Positions 40,174 through 52,761 of a stretch of DNA of 64,000 bases are shown in pieces (position 1 is the stretch's first letter; the number at the start of each line of letters is the position of its first letter). The position numbers were made by a program, and so were the translations under genes. Location: NCBI GenBank assembly GCA_977020255.1, contig CDROCS010000253.1, positions 1,302,001 through 1,366,000 of the forward strand, given 5' to 3'. This stretch comes from Obrimoposthia wandeli. Lineage: Eukaryota. The notes under the pieces are model-generated. The model was not told where the DNA came from. It did not search any database and saw nothing but the letters and a program-made list of their open reading frames with translations.

Positions 40174-41124
40174 GTGTCAGTTCAAAGTATCACAGCATTA
40201 AAACAGCCACCTGTTATTTGTTTAATGGGACCAACCGCATCGGGTAAAACCGCATTGGCTATGGCACTGAAAGACGCATTACCTTGCGATATAGTCAGTG
40301 TTGACTCTGCGCTTATCTATCGAGATATGGATATTGGTACAGCCAAACCAACAACCGCGGAATTGGCGGAATATCCTCATAAACTTATCAATTTACGTGA
40401 TGCGAGTGAAAGTTATTCAGCAGCCGACTTTTGTCGTGATGCACTAGTTGAAATTGCTGAGATCAGGAGTAATGGTCGAATTCCATTATTGGTCGGTGGA
40501 ACTATGATGTATTTCAAAAGTTTGATTGAGGGCATCTCCCCTCTACCGACAGCAAATCCAGAAATACGCCAAGCAATCGAAGCTGAGGCTTTATCAAAAG
40601 GCTGGCAAGCAATGCATGATCAGTTAGCTGAAATAGATCCGGTTTCAGCGGAACGCATACACCCGAATGACCCACAGCGTATAACGCGAGCGTTAGAAGT
40701 GTACAGGTTGACGAGTAACACTTTGACACAATTGACACAAATAAAAGGTGCTAAGCTCGCTGGCGATGTTCTACAATTAGCGATAACTCCACAAGAACGC
40801 AGCACGCTACATGAACGCATTGCCCTACGTTATCAGCAAATGATAGAGTTGGGTTTTGAGCAGGAAGTTGTTAAGTTAAAGTCTCGCGATGATTTACACC
40901 AAGATTTACCTTCTATTCGCTGTGTTGGCTACCGACAAATGTGGCAATACCTTGAGGGTGAATTTGATCATAATGAAATGATTTTTCGTGGTGTTTGTGC
41001 AACTAGACAGTTAGCTAAAAGACAGTTAACTTGGTTAAGGAATTGGCCTGATTTACATTGGCTGACAACAGATGATAAAAGTAATTTAGCCCAAGTTTTA
41101 TCTTTGCTTGATGCAAAGAATTAA
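40174..41124 (+). CDS. miaA: tRNA dimethylallyltransferase
   Basis: [39 protein letters not shown]. Confidence 0.97.
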   Translation: MSVQSITALKQPPVICLMGPTASGKTALAMALKDALPCDIVSVDSALIYRDMDIGTAKPTTAELAEYPHKLINLRDASESYSAADFCRDALVEIAEIRSNGRIPLLVGGTMMYFKSLIEGISPLPTANPEIRQAIEAEALSKGWQAMHDQLAEIDPVSAERIHPNDPQRITRALEVYRLTSNTLTQLTQIKGAKLAGDVLQLAITPQERSTLHERIALRYQQMIELGFEQEVVKLKSRDDLHQDLPSIRCVGYRQMWQYLEGEFDHNEMIFRGVCATRQLAKRQLTWLRNWPDLHWLTTDDKSNLAQVLSLLDAKN

Positions 41125-41186
41125 AGGGTAGCAAATATAAAGCAATAGTTGAAAATTGATGTATAATTAATTCGTTAGCTATTTAA

Positions 41187-41543
<357 letters not shown>

Positions 41544-41588
41544 AGTTTTTTTGAGAGCGATTAATCATGGTAATAGGGTTTAACGCTA

Positions 41589-42875
41589 TTGTTTGAACGT
41601 TATCAAGCGGGTGAACAAGCTGTACTTGTTCATTTAGACTTTCCAGATGAAAGCAGTAGAGAAGACCTAAGCGAATTTAAAATGTTAGTGTCTTCTGCTG
41701 GCGTACAAGCGTTAACCGTTGTGACTGGTAAACGAAATACTCCTCACCCCCGTTTTTTTGTCGGCTCAGGTAAAGCAGAAGAAATTCGTGATGCTGTTCA
41801 CCTCGTTGGCGCAAATGTCGTTCTGTTTAATCATAGTTTAACGCCGTCTCAAGAAAAGAATATTGAAGCATTATGTGAATGTCGAGTAGTTGATCGCACA
41901 ACGTTAATACTTGATATCTTTGCGCAACGCGCCAGAACTCATGAAGGTAAGCTCCAAGTTGAGTTAGCACAACTGCGTCATATGAGCAGTCGCTTGATTC
42001 GAGGCTGGACTCACTTAGAAAGACAAAAAGGTGGCATCGGTCTGAGAGGACCAGGTGAAACTCAGCTTGAAACAGATAGACGCTTATTACGTGAACGCAT
42101 GGTGAATATTCGTAAACGTTTAGGTAAAGTTGAAGTACAAAGACAGCAAGGGCGAAGGGCGAGAACTCGAGCAGAGTTACCAACCTTATCTTTAGTTGGT
42201 TATACCAATGCAGGTAAATCAACGCTGTTTAATACCTTAACACAAGCTGACGTGTATGCTGCTGATCAGTTGTTTGCTACCTTAGATCCAACGTTAAGAA
42301 AAATTGATTTGTTCGGTATAGGACGCGTGATTTTAGCTGACACGGTTGGTTTTATTCGCCATTTGCCGCATGATTTGGTTGCTGCGTTTAAAGCGACACT
42401 TACTGAAACCCGTGAAGCTGAATTGTTATTGCATGTGGTTGATATTTCAGATGACAGGCGTAGTGAGAATATTGAGCAAGTAGAATATGTGCTTAAAGAG
42501 ATAGAGGCGAACGATGTGCCTCAGCTAATCATCTGTAATAAAATTGATAATTTAGATGATATTGAGCCGCGAATAGACAGAGACGAGCAAGGGTTACCAA
42601 TTCGTGTTTGGTTATCGGCACAAGCCAATATTGGTACGGAGCTGTTATTTACTGCACTCGCTGAACGTTTAGACATAAAGGTGGTTAATCACCAGTTAAA
42701 TATACCGCCAAGTGCTGGAAAATTACGTGGTGAGCTATACAAGTTAAATTGCGTTACTAGCGAGACTTTTGATGAGCAAGGTCATTGTCACCTAGAGGTT
42801 AATATGCCATCGCGGGAATGGGAGCGATTAATCGCTACTAAGTACAGTGAGTTAGTCGATTATATTGAACATTAA
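41589..42875 (+). CDS. hflX: Ribosome-splitting GTPase HflX
   Basis: GPGETQLE, VGYTNAGKST, LFATLDPT, DTVGF, NKID. Confidence 0.97.
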   Translation: MFERYQAGEQAVLVHLDFPDESSREDLSEFKMLVSSAGVQALTVVTGKRNTPHPRFFVGSGKAEEIRDAVHLVGANVVLFNHSLTPSQEKNIEALCECRVVDRTTLILDIFAQRARTHEGKLQVELAQLRHMSSRLIRGWTHLERQKGGIGLRGPGETQLETDRRLLRERMVNIRKRLGKVEVQRQQGRRARTRAELPTLSLVGYTNAGKSTLFNTLTQADVYAADQLFATLDPTLRKIDLFGIGRVILADTVGFIRHLPHDLVAAFKATLTETREAELLLHVVDISDDRRSENIEQVEYVLKEIEANDVPQLIICNKIDNLDDIEPRIDRDEQGLPIRVWLSAQANIGTELLFTALAERLDIKVVNHQLNIPPSAGKLRGELYKLNCVTSETFDEQGHCHLEVNMPSREWERLIATKYSELVDYIEH

Positions 42876-42938
42876 TATAAATAAATTTTAATTGTAGTGG
42901 CGATAACTTTACTTTCGCCGATTTTAGTGGAGAACAAT

Positions 42939-44087
42939 ATGGCTTGGAACGAACCGGGGAATAATGATAAAGACCCCTGGAAAAATAAAGGTGGCAAGAA
43001 TCAAGGGCCACCAGATTTAGATGAACTTCTTAATGATCTTGGTAAAAAAGTTACCGGTATTTTTGGAGGAAAAACCACTAAAGGTGGATCTGGATCAGGT
43101 AAAAGTTTTTCCACTATTGGAATATCTATCCTTCTTATTGTCGCGTCTGTCGTTTATGCATTTAGTGGTTTTTATACCATTAAAGAAGCAGAGCAGGGCA
43201 TTGTATTAAGATTTGGAGAATATTCAGGTACTGTTGAGCCAGGTATTAACTGGAAGTGGACCTTTGTTGATCGTATTATTCCTGTTGATATGCAAAGTAC
43301 CCGTGATATGCCTTCATCAGGTTTTATGTTAACCAAAGATGAAAATGTAGTGCGTGTTGAAATGCAAATTCAATATCGTGTAGTTGATGCTCGTAAATAT
43401 ATCTTTAGTGTTACTAATGCTGATGATAGTTTGAACCAATCACTTGATAGTGCACTTCGTTATGTTGTCGGTCACGCTAAGATGGATGATATTCTGACCA
43501 GTGGTCGAGAGTCTATTCGCCAAGCAGTTTGGGAAGAGTTAGATAAAATCATTGCGCCTTATAACCTAGGTTTAATTATTGTTGATGTTAACTTTAAAGA
43601 TGCTCGTCCACCAAATGAAGTGAAAGACGCTTTTGATGATGCGATTTCAGCACAAGAAGATGAAGTTCGTTTTTTACGTGAAGCAGAAGCTTATGCTCGA
43701 GGCATTGAGCCACGTGCACGTGGTCGTGTTAAGCGTATGGAACAAGAAGCCATAGCTTATAAGAGTCGAATAGTGCTAGATGCACAAGGTGAGGTTGCTC
43801 GTTTTGAGAAAATCTTACCAGAATATCAAGCGGCTCCGAAAGTAACACGTGAACGTTTATATATTGCCACCATGGAAAAAGTGTATGGCAATGTGAGTAA
43901 AGTAATGGTTGATGTTGAAGGTGGTAATAACATGATGTACTTACCATTAGACAAAATCATTCAGCAACAAAATACCAGTAATCGTAGTGGTAAAACTAAT
44001 TATGCACCGGTAAATGAACCTAACGTAAATACATCACCGACTTCATCATCAGATCGCTCTGATAGATTTAGTAATGGGAGCAACTAA
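42939..44087 (+). CDS. hflK: FtsH modulator HflK
   Basis: MAWNEPG...DPW...PPDLD, SPFH domain. Confidence 0.96.
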   Translation: MAWNEPGNNDKDPWKNKGGKNQGPPDLDELLNDLGKKVTGIFGGKTTKGGSGSGKSFSTIGISILLIVASVVYAFSGFYTIKEAEQGIVLRFGEYSGTVEPGINWKWTFVDRIIPVDMQSTRDMPSSGFMLTKDENVVRVEMQIQYRVVDARKYIFSVTNADDSLNQSLDSALRYVVGHAKMDDILTSGRESIRQAVWEELDKIIAPYNLGLIIVDVNFKDARPPNEVKDAFDDAISAQEDEVRFLREAEAYARGIEPRARGRVKRMEQEAIAYKSRIVLDAQGEVARFEKILPEYQAAPKVTRERLYIATMEKVYGNVSKVMVDVEGGNNMMYLPLDKIIQQQNTSNRSGKTNYAPVNEPNVNTSPTSSSDRSDRFSNGSN

Positions 44088-44090
44088 GAA

Positions 44091-44978
44091 ATGAAGAATT
44101 TTTCCATTGCTATATTATCGCTACTTCTCATTTTAGCTGTATCATCAGTTTTTGTTATTTACGAAGGTCAACGTGGCATCGTATTCCAATTCTCAAAAAT
44201 TAAGCGTGATAGTGCTACTGATGAAATGATGGTGTATGAGCCAGGTTTACATTTCAAGATTCCATTTATTGAGACCGTACGTAAATTAGATGCGCGTATT
44301 CAAACATTAGATGAACCAGCAGATCGATTTGTTACCTCAGAGAAAAAAGATTTAATGGTCGATTCATTTGTGAAATGGCGTATTGTTGATTTCTCTACGT
44401 ATTACTTACGTACTTCAGGCTCTGTAGATAATGCTCGTGCATTATTAAAGCAGAAAGTAAATAACGGCTTGCGTACAGAGTTTGGTAACCGCACCATTAA
44501 AGAAATCGTTTCAGGTGATCGTGATACCATTATGGCGCAAGCATTAGCAAGTGCAAAAAGTAGTCGTGAAGACTTAGGTATTGATGTAGTTGATGTCCGA
44601 ATTAAAGCCATTAATTTACCTACAGAGATAAGTAATTCTATTTATGAGCGTATGCGTGCTGAGCGAACTGCTGTTGCTAAAGAACATAGATCACAAGGTC
44701 AAGAGCAAGCAGAGATTATCCGTGCGACTATTGATGCTAAAGTGACCATAATGTTAGCTGAAGCACAAAAGAACTCTTTTACGGTTCGTGGTGAAGGTGA
44801 TGCACTGGCAGCAAAAGTTTATGCTGATGCTTACAGTAAAGATGCTGATTTCTACAGTTTTTATCGTAGTCTTGAGGCTTATGAAAAAAGCTTTAATAGT
44901 AAAAATGATATTATGGTGGTTAAACCTGATAGCGAATTCTTCCGTTTTTTAAAAGACGGTAGTGATACTAAAAAATAA
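44091..44978 (+). CDS. hflC: FtsH modulator HflC
   Basis: PGLHFKIPF, IYERMRAER, FYSFYRSLEAY. Confidence 0.96.
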   Translation: MKNFSIAILSLLLILAVSSVFVIYEGQRGIVFQFSKIKRDSATDEMMVYEPGLHFKIPFIETVRKLDARIQTLDEPADRFVTSEKKDLMVDSFVKWRIVDFSTYYLRTSGSVDNARALLKQKVNNGLRTEFGNRTIKEIVSGDRDTIMAQALASAKSSREDLGIDVVDVRIKAINLPTEISNSIYERMRAERTAVAKEHRSQGQEQAEIIRATIDAKVTIMLAEAQKNSFTVRGEGDALAAKVYADAYSKDADFYSFYRSLEAYEKSFNSKNDIMVVKPDSEFFRFLKDGSDTKK

Positions 44979-44995
44979 TAATCAGTCATATTAAT

Positions 44996-45023
44996 AAAAG
45001 CCAGCATATTTGCTGGTTTTTTT
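44996..45023 (+). terminator. Terminator after hflC
   Basis: AAAAGCCAGCA-TATT-TGCTGGTTTTTTT. Confidence 0.85.
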
Positions 45024-45126
45024 ATATTTAAAATTCACAATATAAAATTATTCTACATAAAACATCTGAATACATAGCTGTTATTTTGACATGAGCATAT
45101 AGAAATAAAATTGAAAAGGTAATGTA

Positions 45127-45726
45127 ATGAAAATAAAAATAGTTGGTATGTTTACGTTAGCCATCATTATGGTAACAAGTTCACTAATGGCTGCCGAAGC
45201 ACCATTAGTTTCAATTAATACTCAAGATGATTTTTTTAATAACATAAGTAAACATTGTGGTAAGTCTTATAAAGGTAAGGTAACCGTTGATAATGCTGCA
45301 GGAGACAGCTTCGCTAATAAAAAATTAATTATGCACGTACGAAAATGTACAGACAGTCAATTACAAATCCCGTTTCATGTCGGCGATGATGCATCGCGTA
45401 CCTGGATTATTACTAAAACAGGTTCAGGTTTATCGTTAAAGCATGATCATCGTCAAAAAGATGGAAGCAATGATAAATCAACTATGTATGGTGGCCATAC
45501 CAATGACGCTGGTTGGGCTGAAGTGCAATCTTTTCCAGCAGATCAGTACTCTAAAGAACTTTTTGTTAATCAAGGCATACCACAATCAATTGGTAATACG
45601 TGGCAAATGTATATCTATCCAAAAAAATTCACTTACCGTTTGATCCGCCAAGGTAGAGAGTTTAGAGTAGATTTTGATTTAACAAAGCCAATTAACACGC
45701 CAGTGGCGCCTTGGGGTTATGAATAA
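45127..45726 (+). CDS. Secreted hypothetical protein
   Basis: Signal peptide; 199 aa; LSLKHDHR..DGS...TMYGG; no function recognised. Confidence 0.8.
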   Translation: MKIKIVGMFTLAIIMVTSSLMAAEAPLVSINTQDDFFNNISKHCGKSYKGKVTVDNAAGDSFANKKLIMHVRKCTDSQLQIPFHVGDDASRTWIITKTGSGLSLKHDHRQKDGSNDKSTMYGGHTNDAGWAEVQSFPADQYSKELFVNQGIPQSIGNTWQMYIYPKKFTYRLIRQGREFRVDFDLTKPINTPVAPWGYE

Positions 45727-45860
45727 TTTCAAGCTAAGTTATTAACTTAATTCGTTATTTTTAAAAAAAGTTTAATTATAGTTTAAAAATATACTTTTTA
45801 ACTTGGAGTACAATTACTTTTTTGGTAAAATTCTCGCCTAATTCTCTTATGAAATAGTAA

Positions 45861-47159
<1,299 letters not shown>

Positions 47160-47216
47160 AGGATAACTTTAGCTGCCTTATCTAATAAAGAGAAGGAAAG
47201 CTAATTACTTCACAAT

Positions 47217-47246
47217 AAAGTCCAGCCAAGTGCTGGACTTTTTTTT
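47217..47246 (+). terminator. Terminator after purA
   Basis: AAAGTCCAGC-CAAGT-GCTGGACTTTTTTT. Confidence 0.88.
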
Positions 47247-47620
47247 GGAAAAATTTTAAGAGTATTATGAAGGTATTTTAAGTGATGAATCCATTTTATT
47301 TTCATCGTCTTTTGTATCGGGTTTGTCGTTAGATAATGTGTTTTAAAGGCCCTTCAGGCTATTTCATCTTCACTAAGTTACATTTGTAGTTAAATAGTTA
47401 GTTATAAATAGCCAATATTTATCAAATTGATATGATTTTATCGTATGCTAGCGTTACATTGGTTATAGCTTACGTGGAGTGTATATAGTAAAACAGACTT
47501 GTATTACTCTATCTATATGAAATACCATATAAGTAAGTAAAAGCTAGTGTTGATAACAATAATAAGAACATGGCCATACTTGCATTCACAATAAAACTAA
47601 CTCACGTATTAGGAACTCTC

Positions 47621-48862
47621 ATGACAGATCTACGCCAGCAAGCTTTAGATTACCACTCTCTACCTACTCCAGGTAAAATTAGCGTTGCATTGACAACATC
47701 AGCTGAAACAAGTTATGACTTGGCTCTCGCATATAGCCCAGGTGTTGCGGAACCTTGTCGAGAGATAGCAAAAAATCCAGACGATGTTTATAAATATACT
47801 GGAAAAGGTAACACTGTCGCTGTAATAACTAATGGCACAGCCGTATTAGGTTTAGGTAATATAGGACCTATGGCCTCAAAACCGGTTATGGAAGGCAAGT
47901 CTTTATTATTCAAGCGTTTTGCTAATATTGATTCTTTTGATATTGAAGTTAAGCATAAAACGGTTGAAGAGTTCGTTAATACTGTTGCTAATATAGCGGA
48001 TAGTTTTGGTGGCATTAATCTTGAAGATATTAAAGCACCAGAATGTTTCGCCATAGAAAAAGCGTTAATTGAACGCTGTAAAATCCCCGTTTTTCATGAT
48101 GATCAACACGGTACTGCCATAGTGACTGCTGCTGGTATGATGAATGCCTTAGATATTCAGGGTAAAGATATTAAACAAGCTAACATTGTATGTCTAGGTG
48201 CCGGTGCTGCAGCGATAGCTTGTATGGAGTTGTTGATAAAGTGTGGAGCTCAGCGAGAAAAAATTTACATGTTAGATACTAAAGGCGTGGTACATACGCG
48301 TCGTGATGATCTTAATGAATATAAAAAACTCTTTGCTAACAATACTGACAAAAGAACGTTAGATGATGCTATTGAAGGTGCTGATGTTTTTGTTGGTGTT
48401 TCAGGTCCAGATTTGCTATCACAAAAGCAAGTAAAAGCGATGGCAGCTAAGCCTATTATCTTTGCTTGTTCGAATCCTGATCCTGAAATCAAGCCTAAAC
48501 TTGCTTTGGCAGTCCGTGATGACTTAATTATGGCGACTGGTCGATCTGATTACCCTAATCAAGTTAATAATGTTTTATGCTTTCCGTTTATCTTTCGCGG
48601 TGCATTAGATGTACGAGCTCGTACGATTAATGATGAAATGAAAATTGCAGCAGTTCATGCCATTAGAGCGCTTGCAAAAGAGCCTGTACCTGCAGAAGTA
48701 CTTGAAGCAAGTGGTGAAAAAGATCTTAGCTTTGGTAAAAACTATATTATCCCTAAACCTATGGATCCTCGTTTATGTGCCGCCGTTGCCAAAGCTGTTG
48801 CACAAGCAGCGGTTGACTCTGGTGTTGCTGCGTTAGAAATGCCAGAAAATTATATGGTTTAG
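47621..48862 (+). CDS. maeB: Malic enzyme, short form without the PTA domain
   Basis: LAYSPGVA, NLEDIKAP, FHDDQHGTA, GAGAA, NQVNN; RBS AGGA before ATG 47621. Confidence 0.9.
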   Translation: MTDLRQQALDYHSLPTPGKISVALTTSAETSYDLALAYSPGVAEPCREIAKNPDDVYKYTGKGNTVAVITNGTAVLGLGNIGPMASKPVMEGKSLLFKRFANIDSFDIEVKHKTVEEFVNTVANIADSFGGINLEDIKAPECFAIEKALIERCKIPVFHDDQHGTAIVTAAGMMNALDIQGKDIKQANIVCLGAGAAAIACMELLIKCGAQREKIYMLDTKGVVHTRRDDLNEYKKLFANNTDKRTLDDAIEGADVFVGVSGPDLLSQKQVKAMAAKPIIFACSNPDPEIKPKLALAVRDDLIMATGRSDYPNQVNNVLCFPFIFRGALDVRARTINDEMKIAAVHAIRALAKEPVPAEVLEASGEKDLSFGKNYIIPKPMDPRLCAAVAKAVAQAAVDSGVAALEMPENYMV

Positions 48863-48906
48863 TGATTCTTGACTAACTAATAAGAAAGTGAATATTCACT
48901 TAACCT

Positions 48907-50127
48907 CACGGCTAGCGCATTTTAATCCCTGACTCTAACAGGGTTGAACGATATTCATCGTCTAACCCTGCCATCTTCTTTTTCCTCGCTATACTTACTG
49001 ACTTTGTTTCATCTTGCTTAAATAGCGCCATCGCTATTTTCCTCATCACATTAAAAACCAATGGTCCTTGCTTTTTTCTTATACGCGATTCATCCTCCCT
49101 AAAAGTCATATCAAGTACCCAGTGCATACTTTCAACTTGCCAATGATTACGTACAGCCTTCAATGCTTGCTCAGCATTTAAACCTAAAGAGCTGATAAAC
49201 CAACGGGTTTCCTCTGTATCTTTACCTGTTGATTTATCGTGGATTTGTGCATTAATTTTAATAACACTTCTTAATCCGGTCCATTGATAAGCTTTAGCTA
49301 ACCAGCCTTTATCAACCAATAATTGATGACACGTTCTCGTTTCTATACGACCATGACCTGTGCTAATTTCGGTATGTTTTTCAAATATACTTTCTGATAA
49401 ACCTTCTCGCTGGCTTTTATGCCACCAAGCTTCTAACTCTGCCTGCATGCCAGAATGATTACCTTTAAGTGCAAATACATAATCCGCTTTCTGTTTAATG
49501 ATTTGCTCAGCGATTGCTCTTTGACAGCCCATAGCATCAAGGGTAATGATACTATTTTCAATATCTAGCATGCTCAATAACTCGGGAATAGCAGTGATTT
49601 CATTACTTTTTTTGCTGACTGCCATTTGCCCTAAAACTAATTGATGTTGGCAACTCCAAGCACTTACTGTATGAAGTGCATTCTTTCTATCTTTCGTCGT
49701 AAAAGAGCGTCTAGCTGTTTTGCCATCAATCGCAATGACATCGCATCCTGTGACTTTGACAAGAGAAGATATCCATGACTGAAAGGCATGCTCTATCTCG
49801 TCTGCCTTTAAGCGACAGATAACTCTGGCAATCGTATCGTGCTTGGGAATACCCGCCTCAAAATCGCGATATTTTCTCAGCCAATCAAGCTTCAAGTGAC
49901 CAAAGTCCTCAATATCTTCCCAACCTTGTGCGCCAGATAATACGGCACTGATAGCCAGTAAAAGGATATCGAGTAAGTTATGTTTTTTACAACGCTCAAT
50001 TCGTGGATCAGTTATTGATTCAAAATGTTTTAAAAAAGTAGTGCTCATACTGGGAAACCAATGCTTTGTTAGGCATTGATTTGATCACAGCTACAACATT
50101 AATTCAATTTATAATGATCTTGCCGTG
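48907..50127 (-). mobile_element. ISAs1-family insertion sequence, 1221 bp, with a 10-bp target-site duplication
   Basis: Direct repeat CACTTAACCT at 48897-48906 and 50128-50137; imperfect TIRs CACGGCTAGCGCATTTT / CACGGCAAGATCATTAT (13/17). Confidence 0.93.
48912..50048 (-). CDS. ISAs1 family DDE transposase, intact
   Basis: DPR, IAIDGK, KSNEITAIP, ITLDAMGCQ, HGRIETR, HWQVESMHWVLD..F.ED. Confidence 0.96.
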   Translation of the reverse strand: MSTTFLKHFESITDPRIERCKKHNLLDILLLAISAVLSGAQGWEDIEDFGHLKLDWLRKYRDFEAGIPKHDTIARVICRLKADEIEHAFQSWISSLVKVTGCDVIAIDGKTARRSFTTKDRKNALHTVSAWSCQHQLVLGQMAVSKKSNEITAIPELLSMLDIENSIITLDAMGCQRAIAEQIIKQKADYVFALKGNHSGMQAELEAWWHKSQREGLSESIFEKHTEISTGHGRIETRTCHQLLVDKGWLAKAYQWTGLRSVIKINAQIHDKSTGKDTEETRWFISSLGLNAEQALKAVRNHWQVESMHWVLDMTFREDESRIRKKQGPLVFNVMRKIAMALFKQDETKSVSIARKKKMAGLDDEYRSTLLESGIKMR

Positions 50128-50173
50128 CACTTAACCTCTATTAGTTTTTGATTATTTTGACAACAATGAAAAT

Positions 50174-50209
50174 AAAGGTCATGGTATGAAAATTACTATG
50201 GCCTTTTTT
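50174..50209 (+). terminator. Intrinsic terminator, probably the displaced maeB terminator
   Basis: AAAGGUCAUGGUA-N7-UACUAUGGCCUUUUUU; 13-bp stem needing G-U pairs on the + strand. Confidence 0.7.
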
Positions 50210-50223
50210 ATTGGACAATTATT

Positions 50224-50628
50224 ATGAGAAAAAAACTAACACTATCTTTATCACTAAGCATTACGCTCTCAATATGTTTAATAGGTTGCTCACAAGCAAG
50301 TAATGATCAACTTCAAGCACAAAAGATATTAAAAGAAGGAAATAGCCAAGTGATAAATAAAAAAGAGCAAATTTGGCAAGAAGTTACCGTGAAGTATTAT
50401 GATTTTGAAGGCGGTTTCTATGGTTTAACTTCTAAAGCGGGAGATAAGTTTTTACCAATGAATCTCACCAAGCAATATAAGTTACCAGGCACAGTACTTA
50501 AAGTTAAAGGCGAAATTATTAAAGACATGATGACAACTCAACAGTGGGGTCAACCATTTAGAATTACCGATGTTGAATTGATTAAACTGGGTCAAAATGG
50601 TGAAACTAACAAAGGCGCTAAATACTAA
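50224..50628 (+). CDS. Hypothetical lipoprotein
   Basis: Lipobox LIGC; EGGFYGL...KFLPMNL. Confidence 0.75.
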   Translation: MRKKLTLSLSLSITLSICLIGCSQASNDQLQAQKILKEGNSQVINKKEQIWQEVTVKYYDFEGGFYGLTSKAGDKFLPMNLTKQYKLPGTVLKVKGEIIKDMMTTQQWGQPFRITDVELIKLGQNGETNKGAKY

Positions 50629-51125
50629 GGCTGCTTACAAGAGAAAGGCTGTTTAAATAGGGTTAGTTGGCTTTTCCCCTCAATAAACTGAATTTGATAT
50701 AGCGTTTGGTATTCTTTTTCGGTTAATTTCTCTACTTTTTGGTTGCTTAGTAACTGAGTAAGTTCAGGGGTAGTATTACTATGTCCAACAATTAGCGCAT
50801 TTTCTTTATGCTGTTTTAAATGCAAAGCAAACTGTTCAAGCTGTTTAGGATTATAATTATTGATAGAAATTTTTTGTCGGCTAGACAAAGGTGCTGCTGT
50901 CGACATAGTTCTTTGGTAATTCGTACTATAAATAGACTGTATATTCGCTGTACTTAGCAAGGTTGATAACTGTCTTGCTCTTTCCTTACCACATTGCGTT
51001 AATGGTGGGTTTTTGCTATCAGCTTGCTTTTCAGCATGCCTGACAAGATAAAGAGTAAAATTTTCGTTTGCGAAGCAAGGTTGGAGCAATAATATACCGG
51101 CAATCATTAAGCTGAATTTTTTCAT
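50625..51125 (-). CDS. Histidine phosphatase (phosphoglycerate mutase/SixA-like) with signal peptide
   Basis: LVRHAEK, STNYQRT, IVGHSNT. Confidence 0.88.
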   Translation of the reverse strand: MKKFSLMIAGILLLQPCFANENFTLYLVRHAEKQADSKNPPLTQCGKERARQLSTLLSTANIQSIYSTNYQRTMSTAAPLSSRQKISINNYNPKQLEQFALHLKQHKENALIVGHSNTTPELTQLLSNQKVEKLTEKEYQTLYQIQFIEGKSQLTLFKQPFSCKQP

Positions 51126-51153
51126 AGTGTATTTTTCTTAAAAAAAGAGTGTA

Positions 51154-51191
51154 TTACTAGCGTGATAAATACTTAGTTATCACGCTAGTAA
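51154..51191. terminator. 15-bp perfect hairpin downstream of sthA
   Basis: TTACTAGCGTGATAA-N8-TTATCACGCTAGTAA. Confidence 0.6.
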
Positions 51192-51207
51192 GAGAACTTC
51201 GTCATTA

Positions 51208-52635
51208 TTAAAATAGACGATTCAAACCATTTAAGGCTGCAACACGGAATGCTTCTGCCATAGTAGGGTAATTGAAGGTTGTTTCAACAAAATATTCTAT
51301 GGTATTACCGCCATTTTTTTGTTGCATTATCGCCTGACCAATATGAATAATTTCAGCAGCATTTTCACCAAAACAATGAATACCTAGAATTTCTTTAGTC
51401 TCACGATGAAAGAGAATCTTTAAAGAGCCAACCAAGTTATTAGAAATTTGTGCTCTTGCAAGATGCTTAAACTGCGCTCGGCCTACTTCATAAGGTATTT
51501 TAGCTTCTGTGAGCTCTTGCTCCGTTTTACCAACAGAGCTAATTTCAGGAATAGTGTATATGCCTGTGGGAATATCAACAATTAGCTTAGCTTTACTACT
51601 GCTATCAACCATAGCTAAAGCAGCGATTCGACCTTGATCAAAGGCAGCACTAGCTAAACTTGGGTAACCAATAACATCACCAACCGCAAAAATATTGTCT
51701 ACGTCTGTTTGATAACAATCGTTTACTTTTAACTGACCACGTCCGTCTGCTTTTAATCCAGCAGCAGTGAGGTTTAAGTCTGCGGTATTACCAGTACGAC
51801 CATTGGCATAGAGTAAGCAATCGGCACGCATTTTTTTACCCGATTTTAAATGTACTATTACAGCATCTTCATTAGCTTCAACACGTTCAATCTCTTCACC
51901 GTGTCTTATGACAACACCGCTGTTCCATAAGTGATAACTGAGGGAATCAGACATTTCTGCATCTAGAAAAGACAGTAAACGTTCACGGGTATTAATTAAG
52001 TCGACTTTTACCCCTAGCCCTCTAAAGATGGAAGCGTATTCGCTACCAATAACACCTGCACCATAAATAATGACATGTCTAGGCGCATGCTTAAGGCTTA
52101 ATATACTATCTGAGTCATAAACGCGAGAGTGATTAAAATCAATATTATGTGGTTGGTAAGGTCGTGAGCCTGTAGCAATAATAATTTGCTTAGCGGTAAT
52201 TTTGTCTACTGAACCATCAGGATGTAAAACACGTATTGTATTTGCATCTATAAAGGAAGCTTCACCTAAAATATGCTCAACACGATTACGGTTATAAAAA
52301 CCACTGCGTAAGCTAACTTGTTTTTGAATTACCGCAGAAGCATGACTTAAAATATCTTGGAAAGTAAGTTGTTTTACTTGATCATTTTGATTAAACAGTG
52401 GATTTGAATTGTACTCAATTAAACGACTTACTGATTGACGTAATGCCTTCGATGGAATGGTACCCCAATGAGTACAACCACCACCAACTTGGTGATAACG
52501 TTCAATAACGGCAACTTTCTTTTGGCGCTTAGCAAGGTTCATTGCCGCACCTTCTCCACCTGGGCCAGTACCTATGATAATTACGTCATAATCAAAACTT
52601 TTCTCTACAGTTTCACTTGTTTTTGATTTAGCCAA
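51208..52635 (-). CDS. sthA: Soluble pyridine nucleotide transhydrogenase
   Basis: [33 protein letters not shown]; TTG start. Confidence 0.96.
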   Translation of the reverse strand: MAKSKTSETVEKSFDYDVIIIGTGPGGEGAAMNLAKRQKKVAVIERYHQVGGGCTHWGTIPSKALRQSVSRLIEYNSNPLFNQNDQVKQLTFQDILSHASAVIQKQVSLRSGFYNRNRVEHILGEASFIDANTIRVLHPDGSVDKITAKQIIIATGSRPYQPHNIDFNHSRVYDSDSILSLKHAPRHVIIYGAGVIGSEYASIFRGLGVKVDLINTRERLLSFLDAEMSDSLSYHLWNSGVVIRHGEEIERVEANEDAVIVHLKSGKKMRADCLLYANGRTGNTADLNLTAAGLKADGRGQLKVNDCYQTDVDNIFAVGDVIGYPSLASAAFDQGRIAALAMVDSSSKAKLIVDIPTGIYTIPEISSVGKTEQELTEAKIPYEVGRAQFKHLARAQISNNLVGSLKILFHRETKEILGIHCFGENAAEIIHIGQAIMQQKNGGNTIEYFVETTFNYPTMAEAFRVAALNGLNRLF

Positions 52636-52761
52636 CAGTAAGCCCTCGTATTATTTAATATAAAAATATAGCAGCATTTTATCAGAACTAAAACTGACAA
52701 TATTGAGCTAATTCAGTATTATGATAATAATACTGAATTTATGTCATAAAGAGCCTATTAG

